Assembly: GCA_937975855.1 (NCBI GenBank)
Contig: CALJTT010000010.1
Coordinates: 1-55,024 of the forward strand
Origin: Minisyncoccota bacterium
GTDB lineage: Bacteria > Patescibacteriota > Minisyncoccia > Phycocordibacterales > UBA918
DNA length: 55,024 nt
Direction of reading: 5' to 3'
Shown here: in pieces, positions 8,225-15,595 of the stretch
Position numbering within the stretch: position 1 is the stretch's first letter
Layout: each line of letters starts with the position of its first letter
The notes under the pieces: model-generated
The model's database searches: none
Seen by the model: only the letters and a program-made list of their open reading frames with translations
Told to the model about the DNA's origin: nothing
Program-made: the position numbers and the translations under genes

Positions 8225-8569
8225 GTGGCAACAAGACCGACATACTCCTTCACTTACCAGGGTGAATCTTATCGCTTGTCTCATTCAGCGTTCCAGTGTC
8301 CCTGGACGTATCGAGGTAGATGGTGCGGTATTCCGCTGTACTGTCCGGTACGGGAGGACGTTCAATGCACAACCGAATATGAATTTTGGCGAGTGTTACA
8401 AAACGTGTTCGCGAGACATCGTGTAGAGCTTCCAGATACGGCGTCCGTCACTGTACATACAGAAACATCAGGTCAGTTTCTCTGTAATGTTAGGCTGCCC
8501 GACGACGCATTTCTTGGCCATGGTCTTCTTGTGCTATGTTCTGGTCATGGTGCTCAGAAAGCTGCGTAA
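8225..8569 (+). CDS. Hypothetical Cys/Trp-rich protein (GTG start)
   Basis: 114-aa ORF bracketed by the rplK terminator and its own terminator. No family recognised. It occupies the position where rplA normally follows rplK. Confidence 0.4.
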   Translation: MATRPTYSFTYQGESYRLSHSAFQCPWTYRGRWCGIPLYCPVREDVQCTTEYEFWRVLQNVFARHRVELPDTASVTVHTETSGQFLCNVRLPDDAFLGHGLLVLCSGHGAQKAA

Positions 8570-8577
8570 ATTTTTAA

Positions 8578-8610
8578 AGCCCGGTGTCACGACAGACGCC
8601 GGGCTTTTTG
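8578..8610 (+). terminator. Rho-independent terminator after the 8225-8569 ORF
   Basis: AGCCCGG ... CCGGGCT stem followed by TTTTT. It lies inside the long-ORF prediction 8487-9335, which argues for the internal ATG at 8625 as the true start of the next gene. Confidence 0.7.
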
Positions 8611-8624
8611 CTATTCTAGTGGCC

Positions 8625-9335
8625 ATGCAATACATTCCCATCAAAACTCGTATCATGCAGCCTCCTCAGGACGACTTGTTTGCTGTGCTAGATGAATGTC
8701 TGACTGATGTGCAAGAGAAAGACGTGCTGGTTGTTTCCTCAAAAATAGTTTCAATACACGAGGGTAATTGTTTGCCAGCTGAAAAAACAGACAAAGCTCA
8801 TCTTATAGAACAGGAGGCAGACTTACTAGTTCCACGGGACTATTGGAGTTCACCACTGACAGTCACACGCAACGCGTTCATTGGCACTGCCGGCGTCGAT
8901 GAGAGTAATGCTAATGGATATCTGGTCCCTTTACCAAAAGATTCGTTTGCGAGTGCCAAGGCTATTTATGAATATATAAAGACTCGATTTGGGATAGAGC
9001 AATTTGGCGTAGTAGTGACAGACAGTCACTCGACACCTCTGAGGCGTGGAGCAATGGGTGTGGCTATCGGCTGGTGGGGAATCGAACCCACGATCGATCA
9101 TGTGGGGGAAGAGGATTTGTTTGGGCGAGAGCTCAAGGTCGAAGTGAGTAACCTGGTGGACGGCATCGCTGCGGGCGCAACAGTTGTGATGGGAGAAACG
9201 GTAGAGTGTCAGCCGGTTGTGATAGCGCGTGACATACCCAACCTGTCTTTTACCGAAACTGACACTAAAGATCAGTTGTTTGTATCATTCGAAGAAGACA
9301 CTTTCCGGGTGTTGTACGAACGTTTTTTAAATTGA
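8625..9335 (+). CDS. CofE-like (F420-0:gamma-glutamyl ligase family) protein
   Basis: VLVVSSKIVSIHEGN, GTAGVDESNANGY, VVVTDSHSTPLRRGAMGVAIGWWGIEP and AAGATVVMGE..QPVVIARD together follow the CofE/F420-ligase fold pattern. The start was moved to the ATG at 8625, downstream of the terminator. Confidence 0.78.
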   Translation: MQYIPIKTRIMQPPQDDLFAVLDECLTDVQEKDVLVVSSKIVSIHEGNCLPAEKTDKAHLIEQEADLLVPRDYWSSPLTVTRNAFIGTAGVDESNANGYLVPLPKDSFASAKAIYEYIKTRFGIEQFGVVVTDSHSTPLRRGAMGVAIGWWGIEPTIDHVGEEDLFGRELKVEVSNLVDGIAAGATVVMGETVECQPVVIARDIPNLSFTETDTKDQLFVSFEEDTFRVLYERFLN

Positions 9336-9357
9336 ATAAAGTGTTATCATTATTTTA

Positions 9358-9771
9358 ATGAAAACAGTATATGTTGGTATGGCACTCACAGACGCCCCGG
9401 AAGAATTTCGAGGGATGTTCCAAAATGAATTAAAAGATGCCCTACGCACTCTCCCAGATGTTGAGGTGCTTGATTTTATTGGACTAGAGAATGGTACTGA
9501 GATTGATGTCTACGAGTACGATCGGAAATGTACAGAAGAATGTGATCTGATGGTGGCAGTGTGTGACCATGCGTCTTTGGGATTAGGTATGGAAATCGCA
9601 TTTCGACAAACTTCAGGAAAGCCGCTCTGTATATTTGCAAAGGAGGATGCAAAAGTGACACGTATGGTGACCGGTATGGCAGCGAAAGAGGACTGCCGGT
9701 TTGTACGATATCAAAGTGTCGACGATATTATCCAGGTAGTTTCAGCTGAATTAGAGAAAATGTCTAACTAA
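9358..9771 (+). CDS. Nucleoside 2-deoxyribosyltransferase-superfamily protein, DNPH1/Rcl-like (deoxy)nucleotide N-glycosidase
   Basis: 137 aa. CDLMVAVCDHASLGLGMEIAFRQTSGKPLCIFAKE matches the DNPH1 core (ADVVVAEVTQPSLGVGYELGRA...ILCLF), including the catalytic Glu. Confidence 0.7.
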   Translation: MKTVYVGMALTDAPEEFRGMFQNELKDALRTLPDVEVLDFIGLENGTEIDVYEYDRKCTEECDLMVAVCDHASLGLGMEIAFRQTSGKPLCIFAKEDAKVTRMVTGMAAKEDCRFVRYQSVDDIIQVVSAELEKMSN

Positions 9772-10279
9772 CTGTCCGTTTAAAATCAACCCATTCAAAT
9801 TGTAAATTTTTATGAAGCTGGATTTGTGAACGATTTACTTCGGTAAAGTCAGATTCAAATTCTGGGAAAAAAGTGTCCCCGGGTAAATCATCGTGAAAAA
9901 TCGTGATGTGAAGATTGTCGACGAAGGGAAGTGCTTGACGGTAAAGTTCGCTTCCACCACCAATGTGAATTTCTGAGGGTTTTTCTTGTGCGGCTTGTGC
10001 AAACGCTTCTTCTAAGCTGTGAACGACTGTGATACCGTCATGCTTGTATTTCTGATCTCGAGTCACCACGATGCTCAGGCGATTTGGCAGAGGTTTACCT
10101 AAAATATCTATAATAGATTCAAATGTTTTTCTACCCAGTATGACGGGCTTGTGTAACGTAAGTTCTTTGAAGCGACGCATGTCAGCTGGAACATGCCACA
10201 GCAAGTTGTTTTTGTGGCCGATCACACGGGTTTTGCTACCCATGCTAGCGACGATTGCGACAGGAATATTTTTGTACAT
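9764..10279 (-). CDS. folA: Dihydrofolate reductase
   Basis: 171 aa. VIGHKNNLLWHVPADMRRFKELTLHKPVILGRKTFESI and the GGG motif (IHIGGGSELY) align with the E. coli FolA core, including Asp27. Confidence 0.9.
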   Translation of the reverse strand: MYKNIPVAIVASMGSKTRVIGHKNNLLWHVPADMRRFKELTLHKPVILGRKTFESIIDILGKPLPNRLSIVVTRDQKYKHDGITVVHSLEEAFAQAAQEKPSEIHIGGGSELYRQALPFVDNLHITIFHDDLPGDTFFPEFESDFTEVNRSQIQLHKNLQFEWVDFKRTVS

Positions 10280-10291
10280 TCGTTATTTTCT

Positions 10292-10927
10292 TTATTCTGA
10301 AACCGCGTGCTCAGTTTTCAGGGTTTTTATGTCACCGCTGAGCACAAGTTCAATTTCGTCTTTCTTGTCCGGTTCACCCTTTTCAATAACGTCTTTTCTG
10401 TGCCAACGGCTCTGTCTGGCGTCGACGGCGTGACTTAGGTCTTCGAATACTATTTGACAGAATCGTTCGCCGGGATACAGACGAATGATCTGTGACGCGG
10501 TATTGTTGCGTACAGGAAGTGTTAGCATGCCTTCGTAGCCAGAGTCAATGATTCCGGTCAGATCGACTGATAAGCCCTTTCGATTGACGGATGAACGTGG
10601 ATATAAAATGGCCATCAAATCTTTAGGGATCTTTACGCTCTCAAGAGAAGAAACAAGGATGTGTTCATTAGGAAGCAGTTCAAAATACTGACCTTGTTCT
10701 AGTTCGATCACATCAAAATATTCTGGACCATGATTACGTAGTGGATCAATTCGTAACGCTTCGCGACCGGACTTGGTTATGATGTATTGCTTTGGCAACA
10801 TGAACGTAAAGCCGAGACGAAGGTCAACCGAGTGGGCTTGTAGTTGAAATGTGTCGACATTGGGTTCGATTGCGAGGTCTCCGTTTTTGATCCGTGAGAG
10901 GATTTCTGTTTGTGTGAGTACTGACAT
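10292..10927 (-). CDS. dCTP deaminase/dUTPase-superfamily protein (Dcd-like, catalytic Glu not conserved)
   Basis: 211 aa. Dcd-like N-terminus (EILSRIKNGDLAIEP ... HSVDLRLG) and PRSSVNRKGL (equivalent of GRSSLARLGL). IIDSGYEGMLTLPVRNN aligns to E. coli IDPGWSGCIVLEFYN with Pro at the Glu138 position. There is an extra charged C-terminal tail of ~35 aa. Confidence 0.8.
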   Translation of the reverse strand: MSVLTQTEILSRIKNGDLAIEPNVDTFQLQAHSVDLRLGFTFMLPKQYIITKSGREALRIDPLRNHGPEYFDVIELEQGQYFELLPNEHILVSSLESVKIPKDLMAILYPRSSVNRKGLSVDLTGIIDSGYEGMLTLPVRNNTASQIIRLYPGERFCQIVFEDLSHAVDARQSRWHRKDVIEKGEPDKKDEIELVLSGDIKTLKTEHAVSE

Positions 10928-10939
10928 GGGAAGTGTGCG

Positions 10940-11785
10940 TTATAAAACTATTTTTAATCCTTTGATGGCTGCTTGAGGAGTGTATTGTTGCGTGAGGTTT
11001 TCGATGATTTCTTTTACGACAGCGTGGTCTTTTTTCTCTGCTCGTGCAAATGTATCTTTAGGAATTTGCAGGTCAATAGGAGCGTGTTCGCAGGTGCGAT
11101 TGAGCATCTCTCGGGCGCCATCATAATGGATGTCATAAATATGCGCGTTTGAAATAGTGTGTGTATAAATTCCAGGAGCGACATTTAGACGTTTAGCCAG
11201 AATATGTTGCAATAATGCAAAGCCAGCCACGTCCGCCGGATTGCCAAGAATCATATCGTTGCTACGAACAATATTGTGTAAGTGCAATCGACCACCAATG
11301 ATGTTAGCTGTAAATCCAAACGGGCAAGGTACGTTTGCTCTTTTCATTCCTCCGAGTCCATCACTGCCGGGATCCCACGCCAAGACAACGCCGTGACGGG
11401 AACTTGGTTCTCGTTCGAGTAGTGTGATCAAGTCTCCAAGTTGGTCACGTCCAAAATGTTTTCGCCAACGGTACCCATAGGCAACAGTGAGCGTGTCTCC
11501 GGGATTAGTAAAATCGTCCCAGATTTTTGTGTACTCACGAAGGAAATCACCTGGTTTGCGTAGTCCAGCGATAAACCAGACCTGTTCGGCAACAAACATT
11601 TTTACGGGTACCTTACGAAGTGAGAGTAGCGGAAAGCCGTCTTTCTCAAGATCAATGTTAAATGTTACTCCTGGTAGACTCATAGTAGAGTGCCCAGTAC
11701 GTTCGTTGACCTCTTCAATGCCGTGGTCGAGTATGTTGCGAATGGCGTTTTGATAGACGATGTCGTAGCCACTGGTTTGTTGCAT
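10940..11785 (-). CDS. Thymidylate synthase (ThyA) family enzyme with Asp at the Asn177 specificity position
   Basis: 281 aa. Aligns without gaps to E. coli ThyA from Cys146 through Asn177: VPCPFGFTANIIGGRLHLHNIVRSNDMILGNPADVAGFALL versus [41 protein letters not shown]. Arg21, Glu58, Cys146, Arg166, Ser167, Asp169, His207 and Tyr209 are conserved. Asn177 is replaced by Asp. Confidence 0.85.
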   Translation of the reverse strand: MQQTSGYDIVYQNAIRNILDHGIEEVNERTGHSTMSLPGVTFNIDLEKDGFPLLSLRKVPVKMFVAEQVWFIAGLRKPGDFLREYTKIWDDFTNPGDTLTVAYGYRWRKHFGRDQLGDLITLLEREPSSRHGVVLAWDPGSDGLGGMKRANVPCPFGFTANIIGGRLHLHNIVRSNDMILGNPADVAGFALLQHILAKRLNVAPGIYTHTISNAHIYDIHYDGAREMLNRTCEHAPIDLQIPKDTFARAEKKDHAVVKEIIENLTQQYTPQAAIKGLKIVL

Positions 11786-11791
11786 AAAAGC

Positions 11792-11820
11792 ATTGTACTA
11801 ATACGCACGAAAACTATCAA
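11792..11820 (-). promoter_or_regulatory. Near-consensus promoter of the thyA-like/dcd-like/folA operon (TTGATA-17-TACAAT), 6 nt upstream of the ATG
   Basis: On the minus strand the sequence reads TTGATA gttttcgtgcgtattag TACAAT gctttt ATG. Confidence 0.6.
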
Positions 11821-11880
11821 CTGAAACCTGTCCTAGAATCTTTTGACGCGGTATACTGACAAAACTGTTGAATATAAAAT

Positions 11881-12408
11881 ATGAATACTGTATCGGACCT
11901 AAATATAAAAAAAGCTATCGAGTATCCGTATCTTCCTGAGGGGAGGACGCTTGAATATGTTCCGATTACCAATCAGCACATGGCCGCTGCCCGCGCGTAC
12001 GCTGAGGAGAATTCTATTGACACAACTATGCCAACCGGCTCGGTGTTGGTTCTGAATGGTGAGATCATCGGACGAGGTGCCAATGGCAGTACGTATCATC
12101 AGGAAAACGTCTGTGTCCGTGTTGCTCAAAATATTCCAACCGGCCAGGGATATGACTTGTGTGAAGGATGTACGCACAAGAACCACAGCGAACCGAGGTC
12201 AATTTTAGATGCTCAAGAACGGGGTCATGAAACCAAGGGGGCAGATTTATATTTGTGGGGTCACTGGTGGTGTTGCGAGCCGTGCTGGAACGCAATGATC
12301 AAGGCGGGCGTACATAGAGTGTTCTTGATGGAAGGGAGCCAAATTTTTTTTAACAAAGAAGAGGAAGGTAACGTTGTGGGACGGCAGTTTGACGTGTCAC
12401 GCGTTTAA
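11881..12408 (+). CDS. Deoxycytidylate (dCMP) deaminase / cytidine-deoxycytidylate deaminase family
   Basis: 175 aa. Zinc motifs HSE (H-x-E) and CEPC (CxxC within CCEPCWNAMIKAGV), with spacing typical of ComEB/dCMP deaminases. Confidence 0.8.
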   Translation: MNTVSDLNIKKAIEYPYLPEGRTLEYVPITNQHMAAARAYAEENSIDTTMPTGSVLVLNGEIIGRGANGSTYHQENVCVRVAQNIPTGQGYDLCEGCTHKNHSEPRSILDAQERGHETKGADLYLWGHWWCCEPCWNAMIKAGVHRVFLMEGSQIFFNKEEEGNVVGRQFDVSRV

Positions 12409-12500
12409 CTCCCCGCCCGCGTGGCCCCGTTTTGACGTAATAAAACGTACTCATTACGCCGTGATATCATGCAAAAGTATAAGTAACTCTATTGACCGAT

Positions 12501-13184
12501 ATGGCAGGAAAACTCATAGTTATTGAAGGAGGAGATGGAGCGGGAAAGGCTACCCAAGCCAAACTACTGATTGATCGTTTGCAGTCTGATGGACATGATG
12601 TCAAGACTTTGGATTTTCCGCGTTATACAGATAACCACTTTGGCAAACTGATTCGCGAATGTTTGGATGGAGGGCGAGGTGATTTTATGAAAATGGACCC
12701 ACGTGTGGTGGCGACACTATACGCCGCCGATCGATTCGAAACAAAATCGACACTTGAAGAATGGTTGGCAGCAGACAACATAGTTGTGCTCGACCGCTAT
12801 GTGAGTGCCAATATGATGCACCAAGGTGCGAAGCTGCAAGACGATGCAGAGCTGCCGGCTCTGATTGAATGGATTGATGATATGGAATTTGAAGTGTTTG
12901 GCATACCTCGCCCAGATGTGACGTTCTATTTTGATATTCCATTCGAGACTCGCAAAAAATTAAAGCAGCAGGCGGCAACAGAAGGGAAGCATACTGGCGA
13001 ACTGGATGTGGCCGAGAAGGATCAGGAACATCAGCGACTAGTTGGAGAGCGAGCTCAAAAAATCGTTGGACTACGACCTGACTGGCAACAAATTACTTGC
13101 TGTACAGACGAAAATGAACTTCGTTCTATCGACGATATTCACAAAGAGGTTTACGGGATTGTTTCTAAGATTGTGAAGACATGA
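12501..13184 (+). CDS. tmk: Thymidylate kinase-family dNMP kinase
   Basis: P-loop IEGGDGAGKAT, DRY motif (VLDRYVSAN) and a LID-like region. The ORF track starts at TTG 12492; the ATG at 12501 (MAGKLIVIEG) is more likely. Confidence 0.85.
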   Translation: MAGKLIVIEGGDGAGKATQAKLLIDRLQSDGHDVKTLDFPRYTDNHFGKLIRECLDGGRGDFMKMDPRVVATLYAADRFETKSTLEEWLAADNIVVLDRYVSANMMHQGAKLQDDAELPALIEWIDDMEFEVFGIPRPDVTFYFDIPFETRKKLKQQAATEGKHTGELDVAEKDQEHQRLVGERAQKIVGLRPDWQQITCCTDENELRSIDDIHKEVYGIVSKIVKT

Positions 13185-13606
13185 AACTACAAATAAAAAA
13201 ATTGCATCCTGACGCTAAGCTGCCAACATTTGCCCACGCGACAGATGCTGGGATGGATTTGTATACAGTAGAAGATTTTGAACTTAAACCCGGTGAACAT
13301 ACAGCTTACATAAAAACGGGCATATCGATTGCCTTGCCTGATGGATATGCTGGGCTGGTTTGGGATAAAAGTGGAATTGCAAATAAGCGTCATTTAAAAG
13401 TCACTGGCGGTGTGTTTGATTCTGACTATAGGGGGGAATACCTGATTGGTTTATTTAACTTTGGAAATGAAACTCAAACATTTGTAGCGGGTGACAAGGT
13501 TGCTCAGCTTCTGATTCAGAAAGTTGAACATCCAGAAATAGTAGAAGTAAAAGAACTGGATGAAACAGATCGTGGTGAAGGTAGATTTGGAAGCACTGGA
13601 ACATAA
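13181..13606 (+). CDS. dut: dUTP pyrophosphatase (trimeric dUTPase)
   Basis: 141 aa. Contains AGMDLY, GLVWDKSG, GVFDSDYRGEY and a C-terminal RGEGRFGSTG motif V. It overlaps the tmk stop codon (ATGA). Confidence 0.9.
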   Translation: MKLQIKKLHPDAKLPTFAHATDAGMDLYTVEDFELKPGEHTAYIKTGISIALPDGYAGLVWDKSGIANKRHLKVTGGVFDSDYRGEYLIGLFNFGNETQTFVAGDKVAQLLIQKVEHPEIVEVKELDETDRGEGRFGSTGT

Positions 13607-13713
13607 CTAGCGAGTTGGGTTATAATTAAAAAATAATTTTGCATTTATGATCTAGTTGTTTCGTTCAGCCTCTGTAGAGCCATTTAATTAAACAGTTTTT
13701 CAGTATCAAAAGT

Positions 13714-14982
13714 ATGAACGAGTATAACTACATCAAAAATCAGGACGAAGAAATCTACGACACACTGGTCGGTGAGGAAGAGCGGGAGAAAAAAGGAATT
13801 GAACTCATTCCTAGTGAGAACTATGTGTCGATGGCAACCCGTGAAGCGATGGGGTCTGTCTTTACAAACAAGTATTCTGAAGGCTACCCAGGGCGTCGAT
13901 ACTACGGTGGGCAGGAGTTCACAGATGCAATGGAGCGGATTGCAATTGATCGAGCCAAACAATTGTTCAAAGCCGAGTATGCCAACGTTCAACCATTAGG
14001 TGGGGCGGCGGCAAACGTCGCGATGTATTTTGCGTTGATGGAGCCGGGCGACACGGTGTTGGGAATGGACTTGTCTCACGGCGGGCACCTGACTCATGGT
14101 CACCCGACGACAGCGATCAACAAAGTCTTTAACTTTGTTCGATATAAAATGAAAGACGTCGACACGGGTGAGATCGACTACGACCACTTGCGCGAGATGG
14201 CGATAGAACACAAGCCAAAGATTATCCTCGCTGGTTTCTCGGCCTATAGTCGTGAACTCGACTACACGAAGTTCAAAGAAATCGCTGACGAGGTCGGCGC
14301 GTATACAGTGGCAGACATGGCACACATCACCGGATTGATTGCGTCGGGAGTTTTAAAAAATCCGTTTGATTATGGTTTCGACGTGATGACCATGACAACC
14401 CACAAGTCATTGCGTGGACCACGAGGTGGGATGATTGTCGTGCGTGAAAGTGCCGAGATTGCCAAAAAAATAAACAAGGCAGTGTTCCCAGGAATGCAGG
14501 GCGGGCCGCACATGCACCAGATTGCTGCCAAAGCCGTAGCATTTAAAGAAGCGCTTGATCCAAGTTTCAAAGCATATGCGCAGCAGATTGTTAAAAACGC
14601 TAAGGCGATGGAGGTCGTATTTAAAGCTGAGAACGTGCGTCTGATGTGTGGTGGAACTGACAATCACTTGTTGTTGGCCGACGTGCACAGCTCACTGAAC
14701 ATTACCGGCCAAGAAGCTGAGGACGTCCTCGAAGAAGTTGGTATCACGCTCAACAAAAACATGATCGCCGACGAACCACGCACAGCGATGGACCCGTCAG
14801 GAATTCGTTTTGGTACCCCGGCCATGACAACACGAGGAATGAAAGAAGAACAGGCGACCCGTCTGGCAGAAATCATGATTGAAATTATGCGCAACAAAGA
14901 CGATGCTGACAAAAAGGCCGAACTGCAAAAAGAAGTGCAGGAGATGTGTGAAGCGTTTCCAGTGCCAGAAAAGTTTGTGTAG
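13714..14982 (+). CDS. glyA: Serine hydroxymethyltransferase
   Basis: 422 aa. Contains ELIPSENY, YYGG and the PLP-lysine motif TTHKSLRGPRGG. Confidence 0.95.
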   Translation: MNEYNYIKNQDEEIYDTLVGEEEREKKGIELIPSENYVSMATREAMGSVFTNKYSEGYPGRRYYGGQEFTDAMERIAIDRAKQLFKAEYANVQPLGGAAANVAMYFALMEPGDTVLGMDLSHGGHLTHGHPTTAINKVFNFVRYKMKDVDTGEIDYDHLREMAIEHKPKIILAGFSAYSRELDYTKFKEIADEVGAYTVADMAHITGLIASGVLKNPFDYGFDVMTMTTHKSLRGPRGGMIVVRESAEIAKKINKAVFPGMQGGPHMHQIAAKAVAFKEALDPSFKAYAQQIVKNAKAMEVVFKAENVRLMCGGTDNHLLLADVHSSLNITGQEAEDVLEEVGITLNKNMIADEPRTAMDPSGIRFGTPAMTTRGMKEEQATRLAEIMIEIMRNKDDADKKAELQKEVQEMCEAFPVPEKFV

Positions 14983-15012
14983 AGTCAATATTAATCTTAA
15001 TGACAAACCCCT

Positions 15013-15519
15013 ATGACAATGGAGAATCCAGAAAGTAATATTTACAATTTTCCTAAGCAGGAACGGAACACTAGTCCTGACCCGGAAGTTCTGACTGACT
15101 ACAAAGATAAATATGGCGACCGCATTTATCAGTTTTGTTCTGAGAACAGTATTCAAGATCGCTCTGATGCGTTGTTGGAAGAATTTGCTAAGACAGAATT
15201 TGATGGTGAAATGACTGACTATCGCATGTCTGAATACCTGGCACGAATAGAACTGCATGAAAGTTCAGAATATGCTGACCGTTATGGTGATGCGGTCCAC
15301 AGCCGTTGTCGTGACGTTGGTGCGGATGATTTATTTAGCGCAGTCTTGGTGTCGATGTATATGGACAGACACGAAGGAGAACTAAGCGATCGCGAATTTG
15401 CTGTACATGTTGATCGTGCAAAAAAGCTTGACACTGCAGATTGGCCACTGACGTTTGGCAGTCAGGTTGATGCTGTTGAACAAGATGATTCCGAAGGTGG
15501 TGTAGAGGCTGCAGCGTAA
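15013..15519 (+). CDS. Hypothetical acidic protein
   Basis: 168-aa ORF, 30 nt after glyA on the same strand. D/E-rich with no recognised motif. Confidence 0.5.
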   Translation: MTMENPESNIYNFPKQERNTSPDPEVLTDYKDKYGDRIYQFCSENSIQDRSDALLEEFAKTEFDGEMTDYRMSEYLARIELHESSEYADRYGDAVHSRCRDVGADDLFSAVLVSMYMDRHEGELSDREFAVHVDRAKKLDTADWPLTFGSQVDAVEQDDSEGGVEAAA

Positions 15520-15595
15520 AGCCGAGGAACGCCCTTTGAATTGATAAGATCAAACTTTGTGATATGTTTGATGTAAATCAGTACAGGAGGAGAAA

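Noticed and set aside
8487-8624. The upstream extension of the CofE-like ORF (start at 8487), which overlaps the 8225-8569 ORF.
   Set aside because: A clean terminator (8578-8610) lies inside this extension, and the extension is hydrophobic, low-complexity sequence unrelated to CofE. The ATG at 8625 is preferred.
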